Shown: in pieces, positions 44,330 through 54,357 of the stretch
Layout of the letters: every line of letters begins with the position of its first letter
Numbering within the stretch: the stretch's first letter is position 1
Source: Planctomycetota bacterium
Lineage (GTDB): Bacteria > Planctomycetota > UBA8742 > UBA2392
Length of the DNA stretch: 64,000 nucleotides
NCBI GenBank assembly: GCA_020638635.1
Contig: JACKIE010000002.1
Location: 133,140 to 197,139, forward strand
Direction: 5' to 3'
Notes under the pieces: model-generated
Seen by the model: only the letters and a program-made list of their open reading frames with translations
What the model was told of the DNA's origin: nothing
Databases searched by the model: none
Position numbers and translations under genes: made by a program

Positions 44330-44737
44330 CTACAGCGCCTCCAGATCCACGCCTTCGCGCAGGGCTTTCAGCACGGCGCATTTTTCGGCGATTTCCAGCA
44401 GCCGCTCGTGCTGCTCGGGGGTGAAGTCGCCCTTGATGTTCACTTTCTTGCGGATCAGCATGTCGTGCTCGCCGGGCTTGAGCTCGCTGGGCTTGCGGCG
44501 CACGATCTCCACGTCTACGTCCACCCCGTCCAGCCTGATGCCCTTCACGTTGGCGTAGCTGCGCAGCGTCAGAGTGGTGCATGAGGCCAGCGCGCCGGCC
44601 AGCATCTCGATCGGCGTGGGGCCGGTGTCGTCGCCCTTGCCGACCGGTTCGTCGGCGAACAGGGTGTGGGTGGTCTTCTGGCCGGTCCGGATTTCGGTCT
44701 TGAACCCGACCGGTCCCATGCTTGCGGTTGCTTTCAT
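44330..44737 (-). CDS. OsmC/Ohr family protein
   Basis: GPTPIEMLAGALASCTTLTLRSYA. Start ATG 44737 (alternative 44761). Confidence 0.8.
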   Translation of the reverse strand: MKATASMGPVGFKTEIRTGQKTTHTLFADEPVGKGDDTGPTPIEMLAGALASCTTLTLRSYANVKGIRLDGVDVDVEIVRRKPSELKPGEHDMLIRKKVNIKGDFTPEQHERLLEIAEKCAVLKALREGVDLEAL

Positions 44738-44806
44738 CTGTTTGCCCTCGCTGCCTGACAAACAGGATAAACAGGTCTGTTATTCCCGTAAATGGGGGCG
44801 GGAAAA

Positions 44807-44833
44807 GGGACAGGCACCAAAGGTGCCTGTCCC
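44807..44833 (-). terminator. intrinsic terminator after the second OsmC gene
   Basis: GGGACAGGCACC-aaa-GGTGCCTGTCCC, followed on the minus strand by TTTTCCC. Confidence 0.6.
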
Positions 44834-44865
44834 TGTCCGCGCTGCGGGCGACGCAAGCGTCGCCC

Positions 44866-45282
44866 CTACTCGTGGACCAGGTCAACGCCCTGCAGCAGGG
44901 CGCGGTTTACCGGGCACTTCTCGGCGATCTCGAGCATGCGTTTGCGCTGATCGTCGGTCAGCTCACCCTTCAGCGTGATCTTCTTGGTCACCAGCGTGGC
45001 CTTGGCGCCCTCCCCCGCTTCGGCCTGTTCCGAAGGCTTGCGGCGGTGCGCCTCGACTTCCACCTCGACGCTCTCCAGCGCGATTCCCTTTAGGTTCGCG
45101 TAGCTGCGCAAGGTCGCGGCCGTGCAGGCGCCGAGCGCGGCGGCGAGCAGCCCCATGGCGGTGGGCCCGGTGTTTGCGCCACCGGCCTCGGCGGGTTCAT
45201 CGGCGATGATGGTGTGGGCAAGCCCGGGATCGACCTTGATCTCGGTGCGGAACGAGTCAGTGAGTCTGACCACGGCGCGCAT
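44866..45282 (-). CDS. OsmC/Ohr family protein (paralogue)
   Basis: GPTAMGLLAAALGACTAATLRSYA. Start ATG 45282 with RBS GAAGGAGGGGAGG. Confidence 0.8.
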   Translation of the reverse strand: MRAVVRLTDSFRTEIKVDPGLAHTIIADEPAEAGGANTGPTAMGLLAAALGACTAATLRSYANLKGIALESVEVEVEAHRRKPSEQAEAGEGAKATLVTKKITLKGELTDDQRKRMLEIAEKCPVNRALLQGVDLVHE

Positions 45283-45457
45283 TGGGCCTCCCCTCCTTCG
45301 GGCGGATTCTGCATTACCAGCGCGCCACTTCAATGGTGGGATGAAATGAATATAAGAAAAGTATTAAAAAAGCAGAAAAAAAAAATAAAAAAACTAGAAA
45401 GGCGTATTCTAGTAGCAGTATAACGTTCAATCCACGAAAACTAAAAAAGGAGATGTC

Positions 45458-46730
45458 ATGTCCCTCAAAATGCTTCTGCTTCTTGGGCTCGCAGTAATGG
45501 TCGGTCTGCCGCTCGGAGCGCAGAATCCGTACTTGGCAACTGCCATTGGCAATCATTTTACAGTGAGTGCGGGACCGCCGGTTACGATGGTCCCCAGCTC
45601 GGGGACCTGGTACTCGCAGGCGAAAGCAGTTCACAACTACATGGTGGCTCAGGGCTATAACGGATCCTCGCCGGTAACCACAGTTGTTAACGGCGTTGAC
45701 ATCATGTGGGTGCCGGTGCGGTCAGTTGGGCCAACGACCAGGTCATCGTTTGGCCACTTCCACAGCTCTCTACAACGACGCAAGCGCAACTGTGACTGGA
45801 GACGAGTTCGGCTTACGCGGTTGTCATCCAACCTGGCTTCTTTGGCATACCCGGTAGAGATGGAGGAGCGCGTCTGCATCAGACACGGGACAGAGCGGTG
45901 GGGCAACGTTAGCCATCGCCGGGGATGCGGTTGGAGACTCATCGAGCGTGTACCACGGAGGAACTGCCTCAGCGTCCAGCATTGACGGGACGGCCTACGC
46001 CGATGCTGGAAACGGGTCACTGCTCTGGAACGGTGCAGGGGAATGGCGGTGATGCAACCGCCATTGAGGTCAGCAGACGCCATTGCTGGTGCAGGAGCGG
46101 GTACTGGTGACGAGGCGACGCTTACGCAGAAAGCGATACGGACATTGCCTACGCTGAAGGCGGTGACACTCTTTCTGGCGACGGCGGTGACGCAGAAGCC
46201 ATCGCACCGGATGGGGCACAGGCGTATGGAGGCAGCGCAACATCCACTTCCGACGTGGCGTCCTACGGCGGCGCTGCAACAGCCAGCACGACTAACGGAC
46301 TGGCATGGGCCGGGCTGGCAATGGCAACTTTCCCAACTGGCGCTTGCCACATCAGCTGGCGCGAACGGCGACGCTCACGCCTTCGGCGGTCAAGGCATCG
46401 GAGCAGGAACAACTTTAACAATCGATGGAGGTGAGGCGCGGGCCGTCTCCTTTATGGAACAGCCGAGGCTGAAGGTGGGGACAGTTTGGCAACGAATCCG
46501 GGGACTGGAGGTTAGCATATGCTGACGGGAGTAGTTCCGGATATGTGATGATCAGCCAACGACTTGGCAAGGTGGATACGCAGTCCAGTATAAACGCACC
46601 GGATGGCGCATTTTGGGCGGCCACGCGTGTGTCGGCCCTCTGGTTTTTCTCCACGAAGATGTTTTGGACTGTGACGCACCTGTTGCACCGTTCACATACC
46701 CTTACAAAACAGGCACTTACAGAAATATAG
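45458..46730 (+). pseudogene. frameshifted gene for a secreted Gly/Ala/Asp-repeat protein
   Basis: Good RBS (AAAGGAG) and signal peptide MSLKMLLLLGLAVMVGLPLGAQ. The protein-like reading then hops between all three frames at least 5 times (GGATLAIAGDAVGDSSSVYHGGTASASS, GNGGDATAI, SADAIAGAGAGTGDEATL, GDGGDAEAIAPDGAQAYGGSATS, GANGDAHAFGGQGIGAGTTLTIDGG). Confidence 0.55.
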
Positions 46731-46895
46731 ATCGCTGGTGAAGCAAAGCTTCATTGTAATCCCGCTCGACCGGAATAGTATGCATGAACTTGGGGACAGG
46801 TCTTTCGTTCTAGAGCGCCATGGTTCGTTGAACCGGATTTCCATTTGACTGGGTGTGCACTGGGCAGCGCACGCAACTAGAGGAGAGAGTTTCGA

Positions 46896-48838
46896 ATGCG
46901 ATCGATCATGAGATTGGCCCTATGTACACTCGTACTACTAGCCGCCGGAAGCCTGCGAGCAGCAGTTTCTGAGACGACCGGCCCTGTTAACTTCAGCGGC
47001 AATCAGCTCGCGGGTGGAATGTTGATGTCGATTTCGGCGCCACGCCCACGAGCCTCAACATCGATCTGACCTGTGGCTTTACGGAACAAGCGTCCGGCTT
47101 CGAATCGAGATGTACGACATAACAAGGGCGGCGCGGGCGACGACCACCACGGCGTGGAACGACGGAATGCCCATCTGGGACACCGGTGCACCTTTACGCC
47201 TGGCACTACAATCTCGCGATCGGCGGAAGTCCGTACCAGACACTGTCACTGAGCGGAGTTCATCGGTTCATCATTGCCATCAGCCCGTCTGACGGTGCGA
47301 GCACGACCAACAACGACGTCACGCTGACTTTCGACATTGCAGGCACAGCAACTTCGATGGGATCGGGTTTTCATATCTGGACTACCCGGCGGCAGGTGGC
47401 GGGCTTGTTCCATCGGAACAGCCTCCGGCTTCTATCAGCGCAACTACAACGGCAACGCACTGCTGTTCACGAATATCGGCGCGGCAAGTGACACAGTTCA
47501 GTACGAGTTCGACGTGGACTTCGGTGCGACACCCGTCCAGAAGGCAATCAGCATCTGGGCGTTCGGCTTACCTCTTCAACGGGTACCGGAAACGTCGATT
47601 TCGAGGTCTATTCGCTCGGTGAAGGTTTCGAGGATCCCGCGAAGATCATCATCTCCTGCTCGCCGGGTGTTGAGAGTGAAGGAACCTACACAACCGCGGC
47701 CCTGAGCGGCCCACAGAAATTCCGAGTCGTCGCAAGTGCGGGCACGGGCTTCTCCGCGACGATCGAGACGATCGCGTTCTTCACGGTAGAATCCGGTCCC
47801 ACCCTGGCCGATGCCATCGTCAACCCGACGACCGCCTCTACGCCCATGGCGATCACGCCGGCCGGAACCACGCTGACAACTTCACCGACGGCGCTGACTG
47901 CCAGCGGCGGTACGCCGACTGTCACCTACAACTGGACGCTGGAAGGCACAGTCCCGACCGGCGTGTCGCTCAGCGCGGCCACCGGCACGACGGTCAACCT
48001 GGTCTTCGGTTCCAGCACCCCGGCCAGCTCTACCGTAACGGTGCGCTGCACCAACGGCGTCGGGCCCGAGTTCACAGAAGAAACCTACACACTCAACTTC
48101 GGAGGCGGCGGCGGCGGCAACTCGCTCACAATCGTGACAACCACCCTGCCCAACGGCTCGGAGACTGTGGTGTACCCGACCACCAATATCACCGCCACCA
48201 GCACCGGCACCACCGGCCCGAACTATACCTGGTCCGTCAGCGCCGGCACCCTGCCCCCGGGCCTTACGCTTGACACTGCGGCCACGGGCCTCACCACCAC
48301 CATCAGCGGCACGCCCACCACAGCCGGCACCTACAACTTCACCGTCCAGATCACCGACGGCACCAACAGCGACACCCAGAGCTTCCAGGTGGACATCAGC
48401 GCAGCGGGCGCACTGGTCATCACCACCAGCAGCCTGGCGGCCGGCACCCAGGGTGCGGCCTACAGCGCCAACATCACGGCGATCAACGGCGTGGGCAACC
48501 ACACCTGGTCGATCAGCGCCGGCACACTGCCGACCGGACTGAGCCTCGGCGCTTCGACGACCGCCACGGTCTCGATCAGCGGCACGCCGACCCAGACCGG
48601 CACCTTCCCGATCACCGTGCAGGTTACCGACAGCACGGTCCCGACGGCGCAGACGGACACCCAGGCCTTCAGCCTGGTGATCAACGCCAGCAGCCCGCCC
48701 CCGAGCCTGGGCGGCGGCGGTGGCGGCGGCGGCGGCGGCGGTTGCGCCGCGACCGGCGGTAACAGCTACTGGATGTTCGCCATCGGCCTGCTCGCCATGC
48801 TGGGCTTCGCCCTGCGCATGCGCGCTCGCCGCGAGTAG
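46896..48838 (+). pseudogene. surface protein with He_PIG repeats and Gly11-Cys C-terminal signal; the 5' 680 nt carry multiple frameshifts
   Basis: RBS AGGAGAGAG and signal peptide MRSIMRLALCTLVLLAAGSLRA at 46896. The frame changes near 47010, 47105, 47185, 47340-47400 and 47570. The motif VDFGATP occurs twice in different frames. The frame is open and intact from about 47573 to 48838. This could instead reflect assembly indels. Confidence 0.55.
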
Positions 48839-48857
48839 TACACGCCAGACACACGAA

Positions 48858-48885
48858 GGGGACAGGTACCTTGGTACCTGTCCCC
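48858..48885. terminator. bidirectional terminator hairpin between convergent genes
   Basis: GGGGACAGGTACC-tt-GGTACCTGTCCCC, followed by TTTCACTTTTTG on the plus strand. Confidence 0.6.
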
Positions 48886-48887
48886 TT

Positions 48888-49478
48888 TCACTTTTTGCGG
48901 GCGGCCTTCAGCAGCGCCAGCAGGTCTTCAAGCCACGGCACCGCCAGGTCGGCTTCAAACCGCGGCTCCGGCTCGCCGTTGGTCACCAGGCAGGTCAGGG
49001 TGCCCGCCGCGCGGCCGGCATCCATGTCGTCGCGGAAGTCGCCGACCATCAGGGTGGTTTCCGGCCCGCGGCCCAGGCGGCGCAGGGCCTCCAGCAGCGC
49101 GTCAGGCGCTGGCTTGGGCGGGGCGCAGTCGCGGGTGATGATCACGTCGAATTCCAGACCCAGGGCCTGCAGGGTCAGGTCCACTGCCGCGCGAAAGTTG
49201 CGTGTGATGATGCCGGTGGCGAAGCCGGAGCCGTGCAGCCAGTGGATCAGCTCAACGGCGCCGTGGGCGGCCTTGGCCAGGCGCGCTGCCTCAAGCTCTG
49301 CTTCGCGCACGATTTCGAAGCCGCGTTCGCGCTCGGCCTCGGGCAGCGCGTTGAGGGCATGGGTGATCGAGACGCCGTGTGGCAGGCCCAGGCGGTTGCG
49401 CAGGCTGTCGAAGTCGATCACCGGCACGGTAAGGGTTCCGTCCAAGTCGAACAGCACGGTGTCGATGTGGGAAAGCAC
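48888..49478 (-). CDS. HAD-superfamily hydrolase (phosphoglycolate-phosphatase-like)
   Basis: Motif I VLFDLDGTLT, motif II ITRN and motif IV MVGDFRDDMDAG. Confidence 0.85.
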   Translation of the reverse strand: MLSHIDTVLFDLDGTLTVPVIDFDSLRNRLGLPHGVSITHALNALPEAERERGFEIVREAELEAARLAKAAHGAVELIHWLHGSGFATGIITRNFRAAVDLTLQALGLEFDVIITRDCAPPKPAPDALLEALRRLGRGPETTLMVGDFRDDMDAGRAAGTLTCLVTNGEPEPRFEADLAVPWLEDLLALLKAARKK

Positions 49479-49570
49479 TGGGCAGGTTTCAGGGGACAGG
49501 TTTCAGGTTACAGGGCGCAGCGGGTTGCAGGAGTCAATTCGGCCGGCGACTGATGACTGCAGGCAGGCCT

Positions 49571-50080
49571 CTACCCCCGTGCTTCGGTACGTTCCTGGGC
49601 GGCTTCCGAGCGCGTGTTTTCGTCTGTTACCCAGTTCCATACCACGCCGGCAGCGATCGCGGCCGAAGCCGTGGCGGCCGCCACGGCGCCGATCAGTGCG
49701 CGCCTGCGCCTGCGGGCGGCGTGCTTGAGCTGCTGCCACTCCAGGTACTCGGTGTCGGTGCGAACGCCGCGCACCTGGCGCAGCACTTCCTGGGCAAACA
49801 GATGCTCGCCCTCGGCCACTTCCACCACGCTGCCGACGTGGCCCAGCAGCACACGCTCCAGGTTGCTGTGCTTGAGGCGCGCGGTCAGGCCGTGGGCCTG
49901 CAGGGTCGCGCTGGCCAACAGCGCGTCGGCATAGCTGTATGGGTGATACACGGAACGCCACGAGCTGACCGGTCGCAGCAGCAGCGACGCGCCGCAGAAA
50001 ATGCAGTTGTCGCCGTCTCCGGCGGCTTGTTTGCCGCAGGCTCTGCAATGCTCTCGCCGCTGTCTGATTCCTTCAAACAT
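49571..50080 (-). CDS. hypothetical protein: N-terminal CxxC..CxxC zinc-ribbon, small alpha/beta domain, C-terminal TM helix
   Basis: Trimmed from ORF 49571..50536 to ATG 50080, because the upstream part is antisense to the 50154 gene. CRACGK..CIFCG. Confidence 0.6.
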   Translation of the reverse strand: MFEGIRQRREHCRACGKQAAGDGDNCIFCGASLLLRPVSSWRSVYHPYSYADALLASATLQAHGLTARLKHSNLERVLLGHVGSVVEVAEGEHLFAQEVLRQVRGVRTDTEYLEWQQLKHAARRRRRALIGAVAAATASAAIAAGVVWNWVTDENTRSEAAQERTEARG

Positions 50081-50153
50081 GGCATCAGGGTAAGCTGGTA
50101 AAGGTCTTTGGGAAGGGGTCAGGATCGGAATCACAGGCGCGAACCTGGAGGCG

Positions 50154-50960
50154 TTGATACGCCTGCTCAACGAGCCCGACCCCGTCGCGGCGGAGCCGCT
50201 GATTTCCCAGGTCTCGGCCATGGAGCCGGAAGATCTCGAACGCGTGGTCGCGCGCTGCGAGGACGCGCCGGCTACCGCGCGACGCAACGTCGAGAGCGCC
50301 CTCGTACGGCTGAGATTCGCCGCCCTGGACGCTGAGTGGTCGCGCCAGGCAACAGGGCGCCTCGATCTCGAAGCAGCGCTGCAGTTGATCGCCCGGACCG
50401 GCGAGAATCCGCCCGCGCTGGATATCGGCAAGACACTTGACGAATACGCCGATGAGGCGAGCGCCTTGCTCAGCGGCGACCGGGCCTTCGACGTTGGCTT
50501 GGGCGTCCTGGCCGAAGTGCTGTACCGCCGCCACAACCTGCGCGGTAACGGGGCAGACTACTATGCCCCCGAAAACAGCTACCTAGATTGCGTGCTCGCC
50601 AGCGGCAGAGGCATACCGATCAGCCTGTGTGCAGTGGCGTTGCTGGTTGGACGCAGGTTGGATTTGCCCGTTCACGGTGTAGGTTCGCCGGGCCACTTCC
50701 TCGGGTTTTATGGCGACGTGGACCTCAAGATCGGCCACTACTTTGATCCATTCGACGGTTTCCGGCGCCTGACAGCGGGAGACATGCGCGCGTTGTTGGC
50801 CCATTTTGTTGATGAAGTCGGGCCCGAAATGTTGAAGCCGGCCACCGACCGCGAGATCACCTCCCGGTTCCTGCGAAACCTTGTGGGTAGTTACACAAGG
50901 CTGAGTCAGTCTGAGCAGATCCGCAATCTGGAGCGCTGGATTCGCACCTTAAACCCGTAA
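50154..50960 (+). CDS. transglutaminase-like/SirB1 family protein
   Basis: YYAPENSYLDCVLASGRGIPISLCAVALLVGRRLDLPVHGVGSPGHFL core. TTG start is uncertain. Confidence 0.75.
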   Translation: MIRLLNEPDPVAAEPLISQVSAMEPEDLERVVARCEDAPATARRNVESALVRLRFAALDAEWSRQATGRLDLEAALQLIARTGENPPALDIGKTLDEYADEASALLSGDRAFDVGLGVLAEVLYRRHNLRGNGADYYAPENSYLDCVLASGRGIPISLCAVALLVGRRLDLPVHGVGSPGHFLGFYGDVDLKIGHYFDPFDGFRRLTAGDMRALLAHFVDEVGPEMLKPATDREITSRFLRNLVGSYTRLSQSEQIRNLERWIRTLNP

Positions 50961-51046
50961 TCCGCAATACTTTGGCTCCACCTAAGGGTTGAACTGCTAC
51001 ACCGCGCCGGCCGGTGCGGGTATCTTTCAGGCCGGAGGGGAAGCTC

Positions 51047-53338
51047 ATGCGCAGAACGTTGGTGACGCTCGCGGCGATCGTTTTGTTGGGTCTGTCGGCA
51101 TCACCCATCGAGGTGACGGCCCAGCGGGGTCCTGGCAAAGGCCCCCCCGGCGGCGGCAAGGGTCCCGGCGGAGGCCAGCAGCCCTGGGGCAAGAACGCAG
51201 GTAAACAGAAGTTGCCCAACCTGGTAATCGAAGACGTGAAGCCGGAGGGCGCCTACGAGGTTTACAACCTGCTACCCGGCAGCGCCGACCAGCCCCGCAT
51301 CGGCGTCACGGCCGACAAGGCCTATCGCCTGGTGGGATACAGCAAAGAAAGCCGCTGCCTGAAATTCGTGACCTGTGACCTGGTTACAGGCGCGCTGAAC
51401 GCCAAGGACATCAAGCTGCCCACGGACGCCCCTGATCTGGGCGAAGAACCGCGCATGGCAAACGACGGAGGTGACTGGTGCGTCGTCTCAGACCAGGCCG
51501 CCACCATCTTCGTGGACGTGTTCAAGGGCAAGGTGAAAGTTGCCGCCGGCTTTGACAGCGCCGTGGCCATGGCACCCCCGGCCCCCAAGGGCAAGAAGTG
51601 GCGCCCGGAAGACAAGGAAAAGGCCGAAGCGCCCAGCGGCGATCAGTACCACGTTCACGGAGGCGCGGGCGGCAGGTACGCGCTGAGCCTGCTGGTGAAG
51701 TGGGACAAAGAAAGCAAGCTGTACACAGGTAACGGCGCCACCGTGCATTTCGCCGAGGAAAAGAGCGTCAGCCTGAGCTGGGACCACGGCCGCTACGGCA
51801 TTCCGCCCAAGAGTCGCGACGCGGTATGCGCGGTAACCGACAGCGAAATCATCGTGCTGGTTACCGTGCCGCGCAAACCTGGGGGCTTCAGCGGCTCGAC
51901 CAGCCTTTCCACGCTGGTGTTCGACCGCAAGGGTAACCTGAAAGAAGCCCAGGAATCAGCCGAGCCCTGGGCCGGCGGCAACGCGCCGCGCTTTACGCTC
52001 AGCCCCGACGGCACCTGCTTCGTGGCTCACCCGGAAGACGGTCTCCACTCCTACGTCATCAAGCGCGGCAGCTGGGAACGCGGCTACAAGACCAACTACC
52101 TTGACGCCTGCGTGGGCTTCGCGCCCGAGGGCAAGGTCGGCGTATTCACCGAGAACCTGTCGCCCCAGCGGGCCGCGCTGAAGGGCATCAACCTCGCGAC
52201 CGGCGAGGCCGTCTGGACCACCAGCGTCCTGCACGCGGAGGCCACCGGAGACGGCGACGACGAACCCTTCACGGCCGTCGGCCCGGGCGCCACGCTGGTC
52301 GCGGCGCGTTACGGCATCATCAAGGGCGAGAACTCGGCCGATGAGCCGATCTGGCTGTACCGTGCCAAGGCCATCGACTTCGAACCCCTCAGTATGAGCT
52401 ATGACAACGACGGCAAGCGCGTGGCCGTGCTGGCGCTGGACCGAGTGTTCGTGCTGGACGCCAGGACCCGCGCCGAGTTGAACAGTGTGTCCTTTGAAAA
52501 TCCGCTCTCCAGCGGCACGCTGGGCGAGTTCGTCACCTTTGACGCCAAGGGCAAGAAGATCCTCGCCTGCGCCCGCAACAAAGGCGTGTGGCTGATCGAC
52601 CTGGCCACCAACACCATTGAGAAAACGCTGCCGGCCGTACCGGGAACCTGGGCGCGCGCCATGCCTGACTTCAGCGGCGTCGTTTACTCGCAATCCAAGG
52701 ACCAGGGCGGCAACGTGATGCTGCAGAAGCTGGACGACTCGGAGCCGCAGCGTGTGTATCGCTGCGAATACAAAGATGCGCAGGCCGTGTGCTTCTGGAT
52801 CAGCGACAAGGGCGACCAGTTCCTGGTGGCCGAGCGCGAGATCGGCGAAGGACGCCTCTTCCTGATCAACGAAAAGGGCGAGCCGGATGTCACCTACAAC
52901 GTGGCGGACGCCGACCCCATGTTCGTTGGCGACACCACCGTCACGGCGTTCGTCACCAAGCGCAAGCAGGCGGTGCTGATCAACGAGGTCAACAAGTGGA
53001 CCTACACGGGCATCAACTGCACCGTGGTCGGCCCCGGCTCCGAGGGCGAGGCGATCGAGACCAGCTTCAGCGCCGTGTTCAAGACCGAAGAGCTGCCCGG
53101 CCGTTCCACCTACGGCGTGACGGCCGCCTCGCCGTTCTTCGGCGGCCTGTACACGGGTGATGAGCGTAACTGCAAGTTCGCCTGCCCGGCGGGCGTCCTG
53201 GAGGCCGACATCGCCAAGGGCGCCATGAAGCTCTACGCCTGGAGCCGCGAGCCCAAGGGCCTGGCAGCGATCAACCCCAAGGGCAAGGAGTTCTTCGTGG
53301 CCGGCGGCACCGGGCTCACGACGTACAAGATCAAGTAA
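51047..53338 (+). CDS. hypothetical secreted protein (possibly beta-propeller)
   Basis: RBS GGAGGGG. Signal peptide MRRTLVTLAAIVLLGLSASPIEVTAQ followed by a Gly/Pro-rich linker. No firm domain assignment from the sequence alone. Confidence 0.7.
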   Translation: MRRTLVTLAAIVLLGLSASPIEVTAQRGPGKGPPGGGKGPGGGQQPWGKNAGKQKLPNLVIEDVKPEGAYEVYNLLPGSADQPRIGVTADKAYRLVGYSKESRCLKFVTCDLVTGALNAKDIKLPTDAPDLGEEPRMANDGGDWCVVSDQAATIFVDVFKGKVKVAAGFDSAVAMAPPAPKGKKWRPEDKEKAEAPSGDQYHVHGGAGGRYALSLLVKWDKESKLYTGNGATVHFAEEKSVSLSWDHGRYGIPPKSRDAVCAVTDSEIIVLVTVPRKPGGFSGSTSLSTLVFDRKGNLKEAQESAEPWAGGNAPRFTLSPDGTCFVAHPEDGLHSYVIKRGSWERGYKTNYLDACVGFAPEGKVGVFTENLSPQRAALKGINLATGEAVWTTSVLHAEATGDGDDEPFTAVGPGATLVAARYGIIKGENSADEPIWLYRAKAIDFEPLSMSYDNDGKRVAVLALDRVFVLDARTRAELNSVSFENPLSSGTLGEFVTFDAKGKKILACARNKGVWLIDLATNTIEKTLPAVPGTWARAMPDFSGVVYSQSKDQGGNVMLQKLDDSEPQRVYRCEYKDAQAVCFWISDKGDQFLVAEREIGEGRLFLINEKGEPDVTYNVADADPMFVGDTTVTAFVTKRKQAVLINEVNKWTYTGINCTVVGPGSEGEAIETSFSAVFKTEELPGRSTYGVTAASPFFGGLYTGDERNCKFACPAGVLEADIAKGAMKLYAWSREPKGLAAINPKGKEFFVAGGTGLTTYKIK

Positions 53339-53407
53339 ACCGCGCTTGCCGCCGGGGCTGTCCTGAAGAACTGGGACAGCCCCGGTTTCTTTTCGTATCT
53401 TCCCGCC

Positions 53408-54355
53408 ATGCGCACGGTCTTCCTTGGCACGCCGGAAATCGCACTGCCCACCCTGAGGGCTATGGCCGCGAGCAGCGAGTTCCGGCCTCTGGCCGTGTTC
53501 ACGCAGCCCGCGGCCCGGCGCTCAAGGCGCGGCGGCGCGGAGTCAAGCCCGGTGGGGGTCGAGGCGCTGCGACTGGGGTTGCCCGTGCACGAGGTAGAGG
53601 CTGTAAGCGGCGGCGAAGCGCTGCAGCGACTGGTTGAGCTGCGGCCGGAGGTGATTGTGGTGGTCGCCTTCGGCCAGATCCTGAAGAAGGCGGTGCTGAA
53701 CCTGCCGCGCCATGGCTGCCTGAACTTTCACCCCAGCATGCTGCCGAAGTACCGCGGCGCGGCGCCGGTGCAGCGCGCCGTGCTGGATGGCGTGGTGGAA
53801 TCTGGCCTGACCATCATGCGCCTGGTGCGCAGGCTTGACGCCGGGCCGATCCTGCTGCAGCGGCCCTGGCGGCTTGACCCGGGCAAGAACGCCGATGAGC
53901 TGCTGGCCGAAGCCGGTGAGCTGGGTGCTCCCATGATGCTGGAGGCGCTGGGCAGGCTGGAAAGCGGCATCACGGCCGTCGAGCAGGACGAGGCCCAGGT
54001 CAGCTTCGCGCCGCCTCTGGAGAAGGCGGACGGGGAATTGCGGCTCAGCGAGAGTGCAACGCAGGTGGTGAACCGCATCCGCGCGGTGCAACCCTGGCCC
54101 AAGGCGGAAACCTGGCTGAAGACGGATGACGGCGGCGAGTTGCGGGTGTTAATCCATAGAGCGGAAATTGCGCACAACAGCGGTTCCGGCGCCGTCGGCG
54201 AGGTGCTTGCGATCGAGAAGCGCGGAATCGTGATCGCCTGCGGCCAGGGCGCGGTATGCTTTACGGAGATCCAGCTCGAAGGAAAGCCCCGCAAGCCGGC
54301 GCGCGACGTGGCGAACGGCCTGCGCCTGAAACCCGGCGCGAAGTTCCGCGGTTGA
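53408..54355 (+). CDS. fmt: methionyl-tRNA formyltransferase
   Basis: VFLGTPEIALPTL, NFHPSMLPKYRGAAPVQRAVLDG, and a C-terminal Formyl_trans_C-like region. Confidence 0.9.
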   Translation: MRTVFLGTPEIALPTLRAMAASSEFRPLAVFTQPAARRSRRGGAESSPVGVEALRLGLPVHEVEAVSGGEALQRLVELRPEVIVVVAFGQILKKAVLNLPRHGCLNFHPSMLPKYRGAAPVQRAVLDGVVESGLTIMRLVRRLDAGPILLQRPWRLDPGKNADELLAEAGELGAPMMLEALGRLESGITAVEQDEAQVSFAPPLEKADGELRLSESATQVVNRIRAVQPWPKAETWLKTDDGGELRVLIHRAEIAHNSGSGAVGEVLAIEKRGIVIACGQGAVCFTEIQLEGKPRKPARDVANGLRLKPGAKFRG

Positions 54356-54357
54356 AC

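Noticed and set aside
43381-44885. Minus-strand ORFs (308 aa at 43381, 218 aa at 44229) across the FabI-like gene and the OsmC region
   Set aside because: The first is antisense to the FabI-like gene. The second is an out-of-frame Arg-rich reading over the OsmC gene and the intergenic hairpins.
50081-50536. Upstream extension of ORF 49571..50536 (321 aa), and ORF 50085..50534
   Set aside because: The extension is antisense to the SirB1/transglutaminase-like gene. A sensible gene starts at ATG 50080 with a zinc-ribbon motif.
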